A stretch of 64,000 nt of DNA from Nitrospirota bacterium (GTDB lineage: Bacteria; Nitrospirota; UBA9217). The stretch spans positions 1,972,333 to 2,036,332 of the forward strand of contig OY760142.1 in the NCBI GenBank assembly GCA_963663225.1. The letters run 5' to 3'. The position numbers and the translations under genes were made by a program. Under the pieces are notes generated by a model, which was not told the DNA's origin, searched no databases, and was given only the letters and a program-made list of their open reading frames with translations. This document shows, one piece after another, positions 9,862 through 19,682 of this stretch; position 1 is the first letter of the stretch, and every line of letters starts with the position of its first letter.

Positions 9862-10959
9862 TCACTGGCTCTTAGGGTAGGATCCCAGAACCTTCAGAAA
9901 CAGGCAGTCATTTTTTAATGTATCGATGGCTTTTGCCACCGGCTCATCTTCTATGTGTCCCACCATGTCCAGAAAGAACACATAATCCCAGACTTTTCTG
10001 CCGGATGGGCGGGCATCGAGCCTGGTCAGGTTGATCCCCATTTCTGCAAACGGGGTAAGCATGGCATACAGCGCTCCCACTCTGTCTTTAATGGAAAACA
10101 TAATGGAAGTTTTGTCTCTTCCTGTTTTGCTCGGGGACTTGGCGGCAATAACAAGGAAGCGTGTGAAATTGTTCGGATTATCTTCAATTTTTCTTGCCGC
10201 TATCTGCAATCCGTAGAGCGCGGCCGCCATTTCGCTCGCAATGGCGCCTGCCGCGGGGTCGTCTTTTGCGATTTCCGCCGCTCTGGCCGTGCTTGACGCG
10301 TCCATGATCGGAATGCCGGACAGATTTTTTTCTATCCACTGTCTGCATTGCCCTGGTACCTGTGGATGGGTGTAAATTTTCTTGATGTCTTCTATTCTGC
10401 CCGATTTGTTCATAAGATTTTGAGACACCTCAAGCATGATTTCCGCGTATATCTGAAGGTCTGAATCAATGAACATGTCGAGCGTGTAGTTCACCACGCC
10501 TTCCGTGGAGTTTTCCACAGGCACCACACCGTAGTCGGCGCGGCCGCGCTCCACCTCGGTGAATACATCACGGATGTTTTCCACAGGCACATATTGCGCC
10601 GCAAGGCCGAACTGCTGCATGCCCGCCATGTGCGTGAACGTGGCGCGCGGACCAAGGTACGCGACCCTGAGCGGCCGTTCAAGGGAAAGCGATGACGAAA
10701 GTATTTCGCGATAGACGGCCCGCAGGGTGTCCTGCGGAAACGGCCCTGTGTTGCGTGCGGCCAACCGTTCAAGAATTTCCCTCTCCCGTGAAGGGGAGTG
10801 AAAATCGAGCTTTTCCGTTTTCTTGATGTTGCCTACCTCGACAACGATTTTTGCGCGTTCGTTGAGAAGATCAATCAGCCGATCATCAAGCTCGTTGATT
10901 TTTTTTCTGAGTTCCTGTATTTTTTCCATCGACATAGTTGGGCGGCCGGGCTTGCGCAC
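9862..10959 (-). CDS. pheA: Bifunctional chorismate mutase / prephenate dehydratase (P-protein)
   Basis: 365 aa; N-terminal AroQ CM helix (LRKKINELDDRLIDLLNERAKIV), PDT domain, C-terminal ACT. Confidence 0.9.
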   Translation of the reverse strand: MRKPGRPTMSMEKIQELRKKINELDDRLIDLLNERAKIVVEVGNIKKTEKLDFHSPSREREILERLAARNTGPFPQDTLRAVYREILSSSLSLERPLRVAYLGPRATFTHMAGMQQFGLAAQYVPVENIRDVFTEVERGRADYGVVPVENSTEGVVNYTLDMFIDSDLQIYAEIMLEVSQNLMNKSGRIEDIKKIYTHPQVPGQCRQWIEKNLSGIPIMDASSTARAAEIAKDDPAAGAIASEMAAALYGLQIAARKIEDNPNNFTRFLVIAAKSPSKTGRDKTSIMFSIKDRVGALYAMLTPFAEMGINLTRLDARPSGRKVWDYVFFLDMVGHIEDEPVAKAIDTLKNDCLFLKVLGSYPKSQ

Positions 10960-11396
10960 AGCAAACTGGATTATGAATTATAGTTTGTTTTTCGAGCAGT
11001 TGCAAGGACTTTTTGGAGAGCAGTACAGCGGCAACGTGATGGTCATGGCGATCGGGTATGTCCGGCGCAGGTTGCAACGCGCTGCTCTGTCTGTGACGGA
11101 CGCCCTGTATTTTCGTGCTGCCGGACAATACGCGAAATACAAACTGCATCATTTTTTTACCGTCCGGTTTGTTTTTCAAACAGTTCAATCCCTACGACAG
11201 GGGATCCCCTGGCTCCCGCCGGAGGGGGCTCCACTGCCGATCTTCTTGCAATTGACGTTTACTTGTTGTACTCTCTCGGTATGAGAGCGGCTTCGCCGAC
11301 CGCCTTTCGTGCGGTCGAGCGGTTCGTAAAAGCTTCCGCATAAAATTCTCAGGCTCGGCAATGCTGCAAAGTTCATGCAGCAGCTGACAGGATATC

Positions 11397-12554
11397 TTGA
11401 TGAAAACTACTGCTCGGTCTAAAAAAATGACGCCGTTTTACGTGATGGAACTGCTGGAGCAGGCCCGGGCCATGGAAGCCCGGGGCGAGCATATTGTACA
11501 TCTGGAAATCGGCGAGCCGGATTTCCCGACGCCTGAAGCGGTCAAGGAAGCTGCCGTTGCGGCAATCCGGGAGGATCGGACTTTTTACACGCACAGCCTC
11601 GGCATTCCGGAACTGAGAAAATTGATTGCCGACCATTACCGGGAAAACGACGGCGTACGAATTTCTCCCGAGAGGATTATTATCACCAATGGCACTTCAG
11701 GAGCGTTCCTCCTGCTTTTTTCCGTCCTTTTGGAGCGGGGGATGACCCTCGCCCTGTCTGATCCCGGTTACCCCTGTTATAAAAATTTCGCCGCACTTTT
11801 CGATGCAGCAGTGCGCACCATTCCGGTATCCGCAAAAACACAATTTGAACTTACCCGCACTGACCTCGAGTCAGGAGGCATCCCGGATTTACTGATCATT
11901 TCGAACCCGGTAAACCCGACCGGCACGGTATATCGCGGGGATACCATGATGTCCCTGGAGCGAACCCTTGCGGAGAACCGCGGAATTTTTATCGTCGACG
12001 AAATTTATCGAGGGCTCTCTTATAGGGGGGAAATACGCACCGCTCTTGCGCTGTCCGACCGTATTATCGTGGTGGACGGATTTTCGAAGGTATTTGCCAT
12101 GACCGGCTGGAGACTCGGCTGGATGGTCGTGCCGGAAGAACTGGTGCGGCCCATTCAGACGGTGGCGCAAAACGTATTTATTTCACCGCCCACCCTGTCG
12201 CAGCATGCCGCGGTAAAGGCATTTGAGTCCACCGCAGAAGTTGACTCCATGCGAAAATTCTATAAAGAACGAAGAGATTTTCTGCTCCCGGCGCTGAAAA
12301 AACTCGGTTTCCGGATTCCGGTGGACCCTGAAGGAGCGTTCTATATCTATGCAGGGATTGAGCACTGGGGCATCGACAGCCGAGAATTTGCCGATCGCGC
12401 ATTGCGGGAGGCAAAAGTTGCACTTACGCCGGGATACGATTTCGGCTCATTCGGGGCGGGGAACCATGTGCGATTTTCCTATGCAACGGACGTGCAAAAG
12501 CTGAAAACAGGCTGCGATCGTCTTGCCGCGTGGCTTCCGACCCTGAAACACTGA
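11397..12554 (+). CDS. PLP-dependent class I/II aminotransferase (aspartate/aromatic aminotransferase-like)
   Basis: 385 aa; fold-type I AT motifs (NPVNPTGTVY, GFSKVFAMTGWRLGW); true start may be the later ATG at ~11427 (MTPFYVMELL); divergent from pheA operon. Confidence 0.85.
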   Translation: MMKTTARSKKMTPFYVMELLEQARAMEARGEHIVHLEIGEPDFPTPEAVKEAAVAAIREDRTFYTHSLGIPELRKLIADHYRENDGVRISPERIIITNGTSGAFLLLFSVLLERGMTLALSDPGYPCYKNFAALFDAAVRTIPVSAKTQFELTRTDLESGGIPDLLIISNPVNPTGTVYRGDTMMSLERTLAENRGIFIVDEIYRGLSYRGEIRTALALSDRIIVVDGFSKVFAMTGWRLGWMVVPEELVRPIQTVAQNVFISPPTLSQHAAVKAFESTAEVDSMRKFYKERRDFLLPALKKLGFRIPVDPEGAFYIYAGIEHWGIDSREFADRALREAKVALTPGYDFGSFGAGNHVRFSYATDVQKLKTGCDRLAAWLPTLKH

Positions 12555-12700
12555 GCAACGGATGATCAGGCACTTCACTTCATAAGTATTCCTGGATAGC
12601 CTTCCCGAGATATCGCCATTCATATTTTTATGTTTATGAAGTCATGCCGTACGCGGCAGCGTTGCTGAAGAGGTTTTTTGAAATAATCTTGTGACCGCCG

Positions 12701-14647
12701 TTATTTTTTTAGCCGGTTCAGAAAACTCCTGAGATTTTCCCGGTCGTCCGTGATGCTGCACGTTGGGATGGATTTTAAAAACCACTTGCCGTAGTTTTTT
12801 GTCATGATCCGGGAATCGAGCACTACGACCGCCCCCCAATCATTTTTGGTACGTATGAGCCTGCCGAAGCCCTGGCGGAACAGGAGGGTGGCCTGGGGCA
12901 CTTGATATTCAAAAAAGGGGTTTTTCAGCCGCTCCATTCTCGCCTCGACAATCGGCTCGTCGGGCACGGCGAACGGCAGTTTTGCAATTACCACGCACTG
13001 GAGTGAATCGCCCGGGATGTCAATCCCCTGCCAGAATGACGCGGTGCCCATGAGTACGGCGTCGGAAGCCTGTTTGAACTGTTCAATCAGCCGGTACGCA
13101 GGCATTTCTCCCTGGCAGAGAAAACCCAGCCCCGGCAGTTTCTTTCGCAATGCGTCCGCGCTTTTTCGCAGTTGGCCATAGCTGGTAAAAAGCACCAGTG
13201 TTCTTCCCTTTGTTATGGACAGGACGGATGTCAGCTCTGCTTCAAACCTTTCCTGAAATCCTTCTTCCTGTTGATCCGCAAGCCCGGATGCAATATACAG
13301 CAATGCCTGATTCTCGAAATCGAAAGGGGAGTCAAGCCTGAGCTCCTGCGGAGCATCGAGGCCCAGACGGTTCTTGATATACGTGAACGTGCCGCCGGCG
13401 GAGAGTGTCGCCGAGGTAAGCACTATGGTGTCTGTTTTCTCGAAGAGTTGTTCCCTCAATGATTCTGCGATATCAATGGGTGATGCAACGAGCCGGTACC
13501 GGCTGTTTTCCCGTTCTGCCCAATAAACGAGCCCTTCCGCGCTGTGCGCGAGATTTATCCGTACTGCCGTGGCCATCGTTTGTGCTCGTGCGGCAAATGC
13601 CTTGATTTCAAGCTCCTCTTCCTGAGTCTCCGCCGAGAGGTTCAGCAATGCATCACTCATTTCAAGCAGCGGGCCGCTCAAGATATCCGGCACGATGTTT
13701 GTCGTTTTTATTCTAAGATATGGCTCCTCACGCAAAAGCGGGTGCAGGTTGAAAAAGAAATTGTCCGCGACAATCCTGAGTCCGTCCACCATGCCCCTCA
13801 GATGCTGCAGTTCGCTGTCCTGCGCGGTGAGTCGGGTCAGCAGTCCTTTGCGCGTACGGTAGCTGAGAAGGGAATCAAGAAGATAGCGCACCGAATAATT
13901 GGTGACTTCCACACCAAGGTAGTCGGTTGCAACATCCTCTAACTGGTGCGCCTCATCGAAGATGACCGCTTTATAGTAAGGAAGAATATTGCCGCCTGTC
14001 GCCATATCGGCAAAAAAGAGATGATGATTGGCCACAAGAATTTGCGCCTGCTGTTCAGATGCCCTGGCTTTCTGGTAATAGCAATCCCTGAAAAAACCGC
14101 ACTCTTTCCCAAAACAGAGGTCTGCCTGCCGGCATGCTTTTGCCCAGAGGCCGGCGGCAGGCTCGAATTCAAGCTCGCTTCTCAGTCCGGTCCGCGTTCG
14201 GGTGGACCACGCAAAGAGGCGGTTCAACCCGTCCAGTTCGGACTGCTCATACAGATCGCCCATACGCAGATGGTCAAATCGGCGGAGGCAAAGGTAGTTT
14301 TCACCTCCCACGCAGAGACTGAAGCGAAAGTCTCCCAGCACTTTCCTGAGAAAGGGCAGGTCCTTATCTACAAGCTGCTGCTGGAGCGCCTTCGTATACG
14401 TGGCAACCACGGCCCGGCAGCCCTCGTGCCGCACCCAGTGGATCAGAGGGGCGAGATAGGCGAGGCTCTTGCCCACGCCGGTGCCTGCTTCAACGATCAA
14501 ATGCGTTTTTCGATCAAGGGCGTGCTCCACGGCCTCCGCCATGGCGGCCTGCTGGGGCCGGTGTTCGTAGGCCTCTCGCATGGCCCTGCTGATCAAACCT
14601 GTCGTGCCGAATACCTTCAACGCGTTCATGGGCCTGTAGATTAACAT
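12701..14647 (-). CDS. ATP-dependent DinG/Rad3-family DNA helicase
   Basis: 648 aa; DEAD_2 + Helicase_C_2 architecture, Walker A EAGTGVGKSLAYL, DEAH (FDEAHQLED). Confidence 0.85.
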   Translation of the reverse strand: MLIYRPMNALKVFGTTGLISRAMREAYEHRPQQAAMAEAVEHALDRKTHLIVEAGTGVGKSLAYLAPLIHWVRHEGCRAVVATYTKALQQQLVDKDLPFLRKVLGDFRFSLCVGGENYLCLRRFDHLRMGDLYEQSELDGLNRLFAWSTRTRTGLRSELEFEPAAGLWAKACRQADLCFGKECGFFRDCYYQKARASEQQAQILVANHHLFFADMATGGNILPYYKAVIFDEAHQLEDVATDYLGVEVTNYSVRYLLDSLLSYRTRKGLLTRLTAQDSELQHLRGMVDGLRIVADNFFFNLHPLLREEPYLRIKTTNIVPDILSGPLLEMSDALLNLSAETQEEELEIKAFAARAQTMATAVRINLAHSAEGLVYWAERENSRYRLVASPIDIAESLREQLFEKTDTIVLTSATLSAGGTFTYIKNRLGLDAPQELRLDSPFDFENQALLYIASGLADQQEEGFQERFEAELTSVLSITKGRTLVLFTSYGQLRKSADALRKKLPGLGFLCQGEMPAYRLIEQFKQASDAVLMGTASFWQGIDIPGDSLQCVVIAKLPFAVPDEPIVEARMERLKNPFFEYQVPQATLLFRQGFGRLIRTKNDWGAVVVLDSRIMTKNYGKWFLKSIPTCSITDDRENLRSFLNRLKK

Positions 14648-14752
14648 GGCGGAAATGAGAATGCAAATTCAACCGGTACTGCCTGATTTTTTTGTGATTT
14701 TCCCGCCTTTTTCTTGCACTAATCAGTCTCTTGTGTTAGTATAACCGGCGGT

Positions 14753-15778
14753 ATGCGGACAGTGATCAGGCTTTTTATTCTTTTCATGCTGGTAACGACT
14801 GCTGATGCGTTGTCAGCTGAAAAAGGATTGGTTGTAAAAAATGTGCGGTATTTTTCCTATTCCGCATTCACGCGGATTGTCCTCGAAGTGGAGTCCGCGT
14901 CACCCTATGTGCTGAATAAGACCGCAGACGGCAAAGGCCTCATGTTTGCCGCCTATAACATGCCTCTGGAGATACAGTCGCATCTGCCGGTCATCAAGGA
15001 CGGCGTGGTGCGCGGATTGGAGTCGGTGCAGGACGCGGGCAGGAACACGATTATTGTGCGTCTTGATTCTGCGGCGGGAGAGATCAAGGACTTTGTTCTG
15101 CATTCTCCCGACAGGATTGTGCTGGATATCGCACGGGGAGCCGCACCCGCTTCCCCTGTTTCATCATCAGTTCAGGGGAAAAAAATGATTACCGTTGTGC
15201 TCGATCCGGGGCATGGCGGCAGAGAAACAGGCATACTTACGGCACAGAGTATGGAAAAAAACTTCACGCTGAATGTGGCGTTGGCAGTCAAAAAAAATCT
15301 CAGCAGAAACCCGCGGTTTAGGGTGCTGCTGACCAGGGAAAAAGACCAGTTGCTCTCGCTGGAAGAACGGGTGGTTGCCTCAAACGCCTCAGAGGCCCAG
15401 TTCTTCATCAGTATTCACGGCACAACAAGCGCGGCTGCGCAGGTCTACCTGCAGGATTTTTTTGATGATACGCCGGTGCAAGCAATCAAACCCGGGGGTG
15501 GCGATTTTCTCGGGTTTGAAATCGGAAGCGAACAGCAGCAAATGCTGTGGGGCAGGCAGCAGGCGGCTCACGTACGCGAAAGCGGAATGCTGGGCCGGAG
15601 CATTGCAACACAACTTGTAGGCAAGGACACCGCAGAGCCCGTTCAGGCACCGCTTGCAGTACTCAAGGCCGCGGATGCGGCGGCGGTTCTGGTCGAATGC
15701 AGTATGATGCAGGATGGACAAAAAGCCGCCGAAGCCATTGCGGAGGGGATTGAGCGCTATGTCAGACAGGGCAAATAG
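14753..15778 (+). CDS. N-acetylmuramoyl-L-alanine amidase with N-terminal AMIN domain
   Basis: 341 aa; signal peptide, AMIN domain, Amidase_3 start VVLDPGHGGRETG. Confidence 0.85.
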   Translation: MRTVIRLFILFMLVTTADALSAEKGLVVKNVRYFSYSAFTRIVLEVESASPYVLNKTADGKGLMFAAYNMPLEIQSHLPVIKDGVVRGLESVQDAGRNTIIVRLDSAAGEIKDFVLHSPDRIVLDIARGAAPASPVSSSVQGKKMITVVLDPGHGGRETGILTAQSMEKNFTLNVALAVKKNLSRNPRFRVLLTREKDQLLSLEERVVASNASEAQFFISIHGTTSAAAQVYLQDFFDDTPVQAIKPGGGDFLGFEIGSEQQQMLWGRQQAAHVRESGMLGRSIATQLVGKDTAEPVQAPLAVLKAADAAAVLVECSMMQDGQKAAEAIAEGIERYVRQGK

Positions 15779-16364
15779 AAGCGCCAGCAACCGCCAGTTG
15801 TTTATCGGAGGAATTTTGGTCATCGCTGCGGCCATAAGCGTGGGCGCATATCTCGGATGGCGCATGAATGCTTCGTCAGCAGTAGGGCCGGCCCCGCGCC
15901 CGGTTCTACAGGATCAGTCATTTTCCGCACAGATGCTCCGGCGCGATGTCCCCTTTACCGTGACGCTCTATTATCCCGTCAATGGTTTGCTCTCAACGGG
16001 CTCGGCTGCGGTAAAACGGCAACCGGATACGCAGACGCAGGCGCGCGATGCCCTTGCGGCGCTGCTGGCTGATCAACGAGCGTCACTGGTCTCCGTACTG
16101 AAAGACGTACGGCTCCAGGAACTTTATCTCGATGCGTCCGGCACGGCATACGTTGATCTCGTGCCTAATTCGCAGAAAGAAATTACGGCGTCAGTAGGGG
16201 AGGAGATTCTTGCGCTGTACGCCATAGTGGACACGCTGACCCTGAATTTTGAAGAAATCAAACAAGTTCTGTTTCTTCTGGACGGAAAAGAAGTGCGAAC
16301 GATTGCCGGACACGTGGATCTATCGGTAAAGTTCGCAAAACGAACTGATTTGATAAGACAATGA
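15759..16364 (+). CDS. GerMN-domain (sporulation/germination-like) lipoprotein
   Basis: TM/signal region then GerMN domain (LYLDASGTAYVDL...LLDGKEV); start chosen at internal ATG to minimise overlap with amidase. Confidence 0.7.
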   Translation: MSDRANRSASNRQLFIGGILVIAAAISVGAYLGWRMNASSAVGPAPRPVLQDQSFSAQMLRRDVPFTVTLYYPVNGLLSTGSAAVKRQPDTQTQARDALAALLADQRASLVSVLKDVRLQELYLDASGTAYVDLVPNSQKEITASVGEEILALYAIVDTLTLNFEEIKQVLFLLDGKEVRTIAGHVDLSVKFAKRTDLIRQ

Positions 16365-16513
16365 GGTGAAGGAGGGCTTTCTGCCGCAAAAGCAGAGAAC
16401 TCGAGTAGAGACAGTAGCTCTTCCGAAAAAGAGTAATAGCTTCGTGGTTGTCGGTTGAAATCGCGGCTGCTGTTTTCACAGCACCGGTTACGGTAGAAAG
16501 TGTTCGGTTTATC

Positions 16514-17338
16514 ATGCAAAAAGCAATCGGAATATTTGACTCGGGTGTTGGCGGACTGACCGTACTCAAAGAGGTTGTAGCGAAGCTTCCGGATCAGAAT
16601 ATTATTTATCTGGGGGATACGGCACGCGTGCCGTACGGCATACGGTCGGCCGAGACGGTGACTCGCTACAGCTTCCAGAATACCCGGTTTCTGCTGTCGC
16701 TGGATATCAAGATGCTTGTGGTTGCCTGCAATACGGCATCAGCCGTCAGCCTTGACGCGGTGCAGAAAGAGTTTCCGCTCCCCGTTGTCGGTGTTCTGGA
16801 GCCGGGGGCGCGAGCCGCGGTGGCTGCGACCGCTTCCCGGAGAGTTGGCGTGATCGGAACCGAGGCCACCATCAGCAGCGGCGCCTATGAAAAAGCGATA
16901 AAGCGCCTTGCACCTGATATTGAGGTGCACAGCCTTGCATGCCCGCTGTTCGTCCAGCTGGCGGAAGAAGGTTGGACGGACAATGATGTTGCTGAGCTCG
17001 TGGCCCAAAAGTATCTTTCCCCGCTGCGCGGCACGGGCATTGATACTCTTGTGCTGGGCTGCACGCATTATCCATTGCTCAAATCAGTGATCGGCAAGGC
17101 GGTGGGACCGGAGATCAAACTGATCGATTCCGCCTCGGAAACGGCCAAAGAAGTTGTATCGGTTTTCGAACGGCTGGGATGGAAATCGCAGGCTGAAGGG
17201 GTGCGAAAATTTTATGTAACGGATACTCCTGTGCGGTTTGAAAAGATAGGGAAGCGGTTCCTTGATGTTGCACTTTTGCAAGCGGAGCAGGTAAAACTGA
17301 GTGAATTTGAGATGCAATCAAAGATCAAATGTTGTTAA
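16514..17338 (+). CDS. murI: Glutamate racemase
   Basis: IGIFDSGVGGLTV, VVACNTAS, LVLGCTHYPLL catalytic Cys motifs; start set at MQKAIGIFD. Confidence 0.9.
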   Translation: MQKAIGIFDSGVGGLTVLKEVVAKLPDQNIIYLGDTARVPYGIRSAETVTRYSFQNTRFLLSLDIKMLVVACNTASAVSLDAVQKEFPLPVVGVLEPGARAAVAATASRRVGVIGTEATISSGAYEKAIKRLAPDIEVHSLACPLFVQLAEEGWTDNDVAELVAQKYLSPLRGTGIDTLVLGCTHYPLLKSVIGKAVGPEIKLIDSASETAKEVVSVFERLGWKSQAEGVRKFYVTDTPVRFEKIGKRFLDVALLQAEQVKLSEFEMQSKIKCC

Positions 17339-17434
17339 GTGTATTTTGCTATAAAATTTGTTAATGAATGTGCGGCCCCCGGATGTATTGTCGCGTCCGG
17401 CTTTCATGCCGTGGCTTGTACGAGGTGGAGCAGT

Positions 17435-18262
17435 ATGGAAACTGAATGTGCACATGTCAAAAAGGTCCTTCCCAAATATCTGCGGGGCCATTTGTTTAAA
17501 TTCGAGCGGATCAAGATTGAGCGCCATCTGCAGTCTTGCATCGTCTGTCATTCTCAATATGAAGCACTGAAAAGAGCTGAAGAAACCAGAAGATTTTTAA
17601 AGGATGTTACGCCTCCTGAAGGAATCCTGCAGATTATAAAAGAAGGGGTGGCCGGCCTGTCGAGATTGAAATTGATTCTGTATCGGCCGCTTTGGATTTT
17701 TGGCATAATCGTAATTGGACTGACGGTGTATTATTTTTTCAGCAAACCGCGACAACTGGATGTGGAGCTTGAAAATATTGCCAAGACGGCCCCGACCTCT
17801 TCCGCCCCGGCATCCTCTTCCACCGTACCGCCTGCAACCGCTCCTGCAACAGTGTCTCCACCTGCTCATCCGGCACCGCCGGCGACCGAGCCGTTGCTTA
17901 TTACGTTGGCAGTGACTGATGACAAAGCGGCGATACGGCACATCAATGATATTATGCGGTCGCATGACCAGCTTAGGAAGTTCAAGTTTACCGATACGGT
18001 CCGGGAAATTTCCGGCAGCCTTGCTGACAAGGAATTGCTCGCTTTTTTCAAACATATTCAGTCGATTGGGAAAGTCAGCTATAACCGTAAGCAGTTCGAA
18101 ACATTCTCCAGAGCACAGGCGGTTCCTTTTATCATGAAACTGACGGTGGTGCCGAAAACTCCGGAAGAAGCAAGGCCCTCTGAACGGCAGCATTCAAAAC
18201 CTGCAGAGACAGGCAGCGCTGCTCCATCTGCCGGGACCGGCACTCAACCTGCAGAGCGTTAG
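17435..18262 (+). CDS. zf-HC2 (putative anti-sigma factor) membrane protein with Pro/Ala-rich linker
   Basis: CAHVKKVLPKYLRGHL...HLQSCIVCH = zf-HC2 pattern; one TM helix; PATAPATVSPPAHPAPPATEP linker; no ECF sigma adjacent. Confidence 0.65.
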   Translation: METECAHVKKVLPKYLRGHLFKFERIKIERHLQSCIVCHSQYEALKRAEETRRFLKDVTPPEGILQIIKEGVAGLSRLKLILYRPLWIFGIIVIGLTVYYFFSKPRQLDVELENIAKTAPTSSAPASSSTVPPATAPATVSPPAHPAPPATEPLLITLAVTDDKAAIRHINDIMRSHDQLRKFKFTDTVREISGSLADKELLAFFKHIQSIGKVSYNRKQFETFSRAQAVPFIMKLTVVPKTPEEARPSERQHSKPAETGSAAPSAGTGTQPAER

Positions 18263-18290
18263 CATACGGCAGCCTGCCGCACGTCGTGGA

Positions 18291-19670
18291 ATGAAAAGGA
18301 TCCTGGTCGAAATGGCCTCTGAATCGTCGTACCAGAAAACAGTCAAGTATCTGTATGATCTTCAAAAGCACGGAATAAAGCTTTCATTATCAAACAGCCA
18401 GAAGCTCATGGATGTCCTGGGAGATCCTCACCGGAAATTTATTTCCGTGCATGTCGCCGGAACGAACGGCAAAGGGTCAACGGCTGCATTTCTGGCAAGC
18501 ATTCTGGGTGCGGCTGGTTACCGCGTGGGGCTTTATACTTCGCCGCATCTGATTGATTTTACCGAACGGATAAGGGTCAACAATGTTCCGATATCCGAGG
18601 ACGCAGTGATAAGGCTGACGCAGCACGTAAGGAGCCTCGGCAATCTTGGAGAGTCGGGAGAAAACACATACGGGCTGAACCCCACGTTTTTTGAAGTGAC
18701 GACTGCCCTTGCTTTCGCATATTTTGCTGAGCAAAAAATTGATATCGGCGTGATTGAAGTGGGGATGGGGGGACGGCTTGACGCCACGAATGTCATTACC
18801 CCGCTGGTGTCGGTGATTACGAACATCGATCTGGAACACCAGGAATTTCTCGGAACGACGCTGGGACTGATCGCGCAGGAAAAAGCGGGCATAATAAAGA
18901 CCGGTATCCCCGTGGTCACGGGCGCGGTTCAGACTGAAGCAATTGATGTCATAGAAAGTACGGCGGCAGCGAAGCAGGCTCCGGTCCATCGGTTATGGGT
19001 TGATTTCAAACCCAAAAATACCGAACCGGGTCCTCCACAGGTTTTTGACTACCAGGGGGAGGGCACTTTTTACCGAGGTCTGCGTATCGGCATGCTTGGC
19101 GCATATCAAGTGGAAAACGCGTGCCTCGCTGTCCGGACGATCGAGCGCCTTCAAAATGCAGGCATGCTGATCGATGAGGCTGCCGTGCGTCGCGGACTCG
19201 AACAGGCGCGCTGGGAAGGAAGAATGGAGCGGGTAGGAACACACCCGGCAGTCTACCTGGACGGTGCACACAATCCGGCATCGGCAAAAAAACTCGCGGA
19301 AACGGTCCGACAGATAAAAGGATCCTTTCAACGGATTATTCTGGTTATCGGCGTTCTTGGCGATAAAGACTACCGGAGCATGGTCACGGAAATTGTTCCT
19401 TTGGCGGACCACGTGGTGGCGACCAGGCCTCAGTACGCACGGGCGTTGGATCCGGAGCAGCTTGAACAAGAAATAAAAAAACTGCATAATTCTGTCGAGA
19501 GAACGGACAGCATTCAGTGTGCGATTAAGAAGGCAATGCATAGTGCTTCGCCCGGCGATCTCGTGCTTATTACCGGTTCGCTCTATGTGGTGGGAGAAGC
19601 GCGGGCTCTTTTTCCTGCCGGTGTTTCCGGCGCAAACCGATCGGGTGCGCTGGCGGGATTGAAGGGCTGA
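18291..19670 (+). CDS. folC: Bifunctional folylpolyglutamate synthase / dihydrofolate synthase
   Basis: 459 aa; Mur-ligase fold, HVAGTNGKGSTAAF P-loop. Confidence 0.88.
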   Translation: MKRILVEMASESSYQKTVKYLYDLQKHGIKLSLSNSQKLMDVLGDPHRKFISVHVAGTNGKGSTAAFLASILGAAGYRVGLYTSPHLIDFTERIRVNNVPISEDAVIRLTQHVRSLGNLGESGENTYGLNPTFFEVTTALAFAYFAEQKIDIGVIEVGMGGRLDATNVITPLVSVITNIDLEHQEFLGTTLGLIAQEKAGIIKTGIPVVTGAVQTEAIDVIESTAAAKQAPVHRLWVDFKPKNTEPGPPQVFDYQGEGTFYRGLRIGMLGAYQVENACLAVRTIERLQNAGMLIDEAAVRRGLEQARWEGRMERVGTHPAVYLDGAHNPASAKKLAETVRQIKGSFQRIILVIGVLGDKDYRSMVTEIVPLADHVVATRPQYARALDPEQLEQEIKKLHNSVERTDSIQCAIKKAMHSASPGDLVLITGSLYVVGEARALFPAGVSGANRSGALAGLKG

Positions 19671-19682
19671 AAAAACGGATCC

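Noticed and set aside
12555-12700. Weak hairpin GCCGTACGCGGC between the convergent aminotransferase and helicase genes as a terminator
   Set aside because: It has only a 4-bp stem and no clear U-tract, too weak to call.
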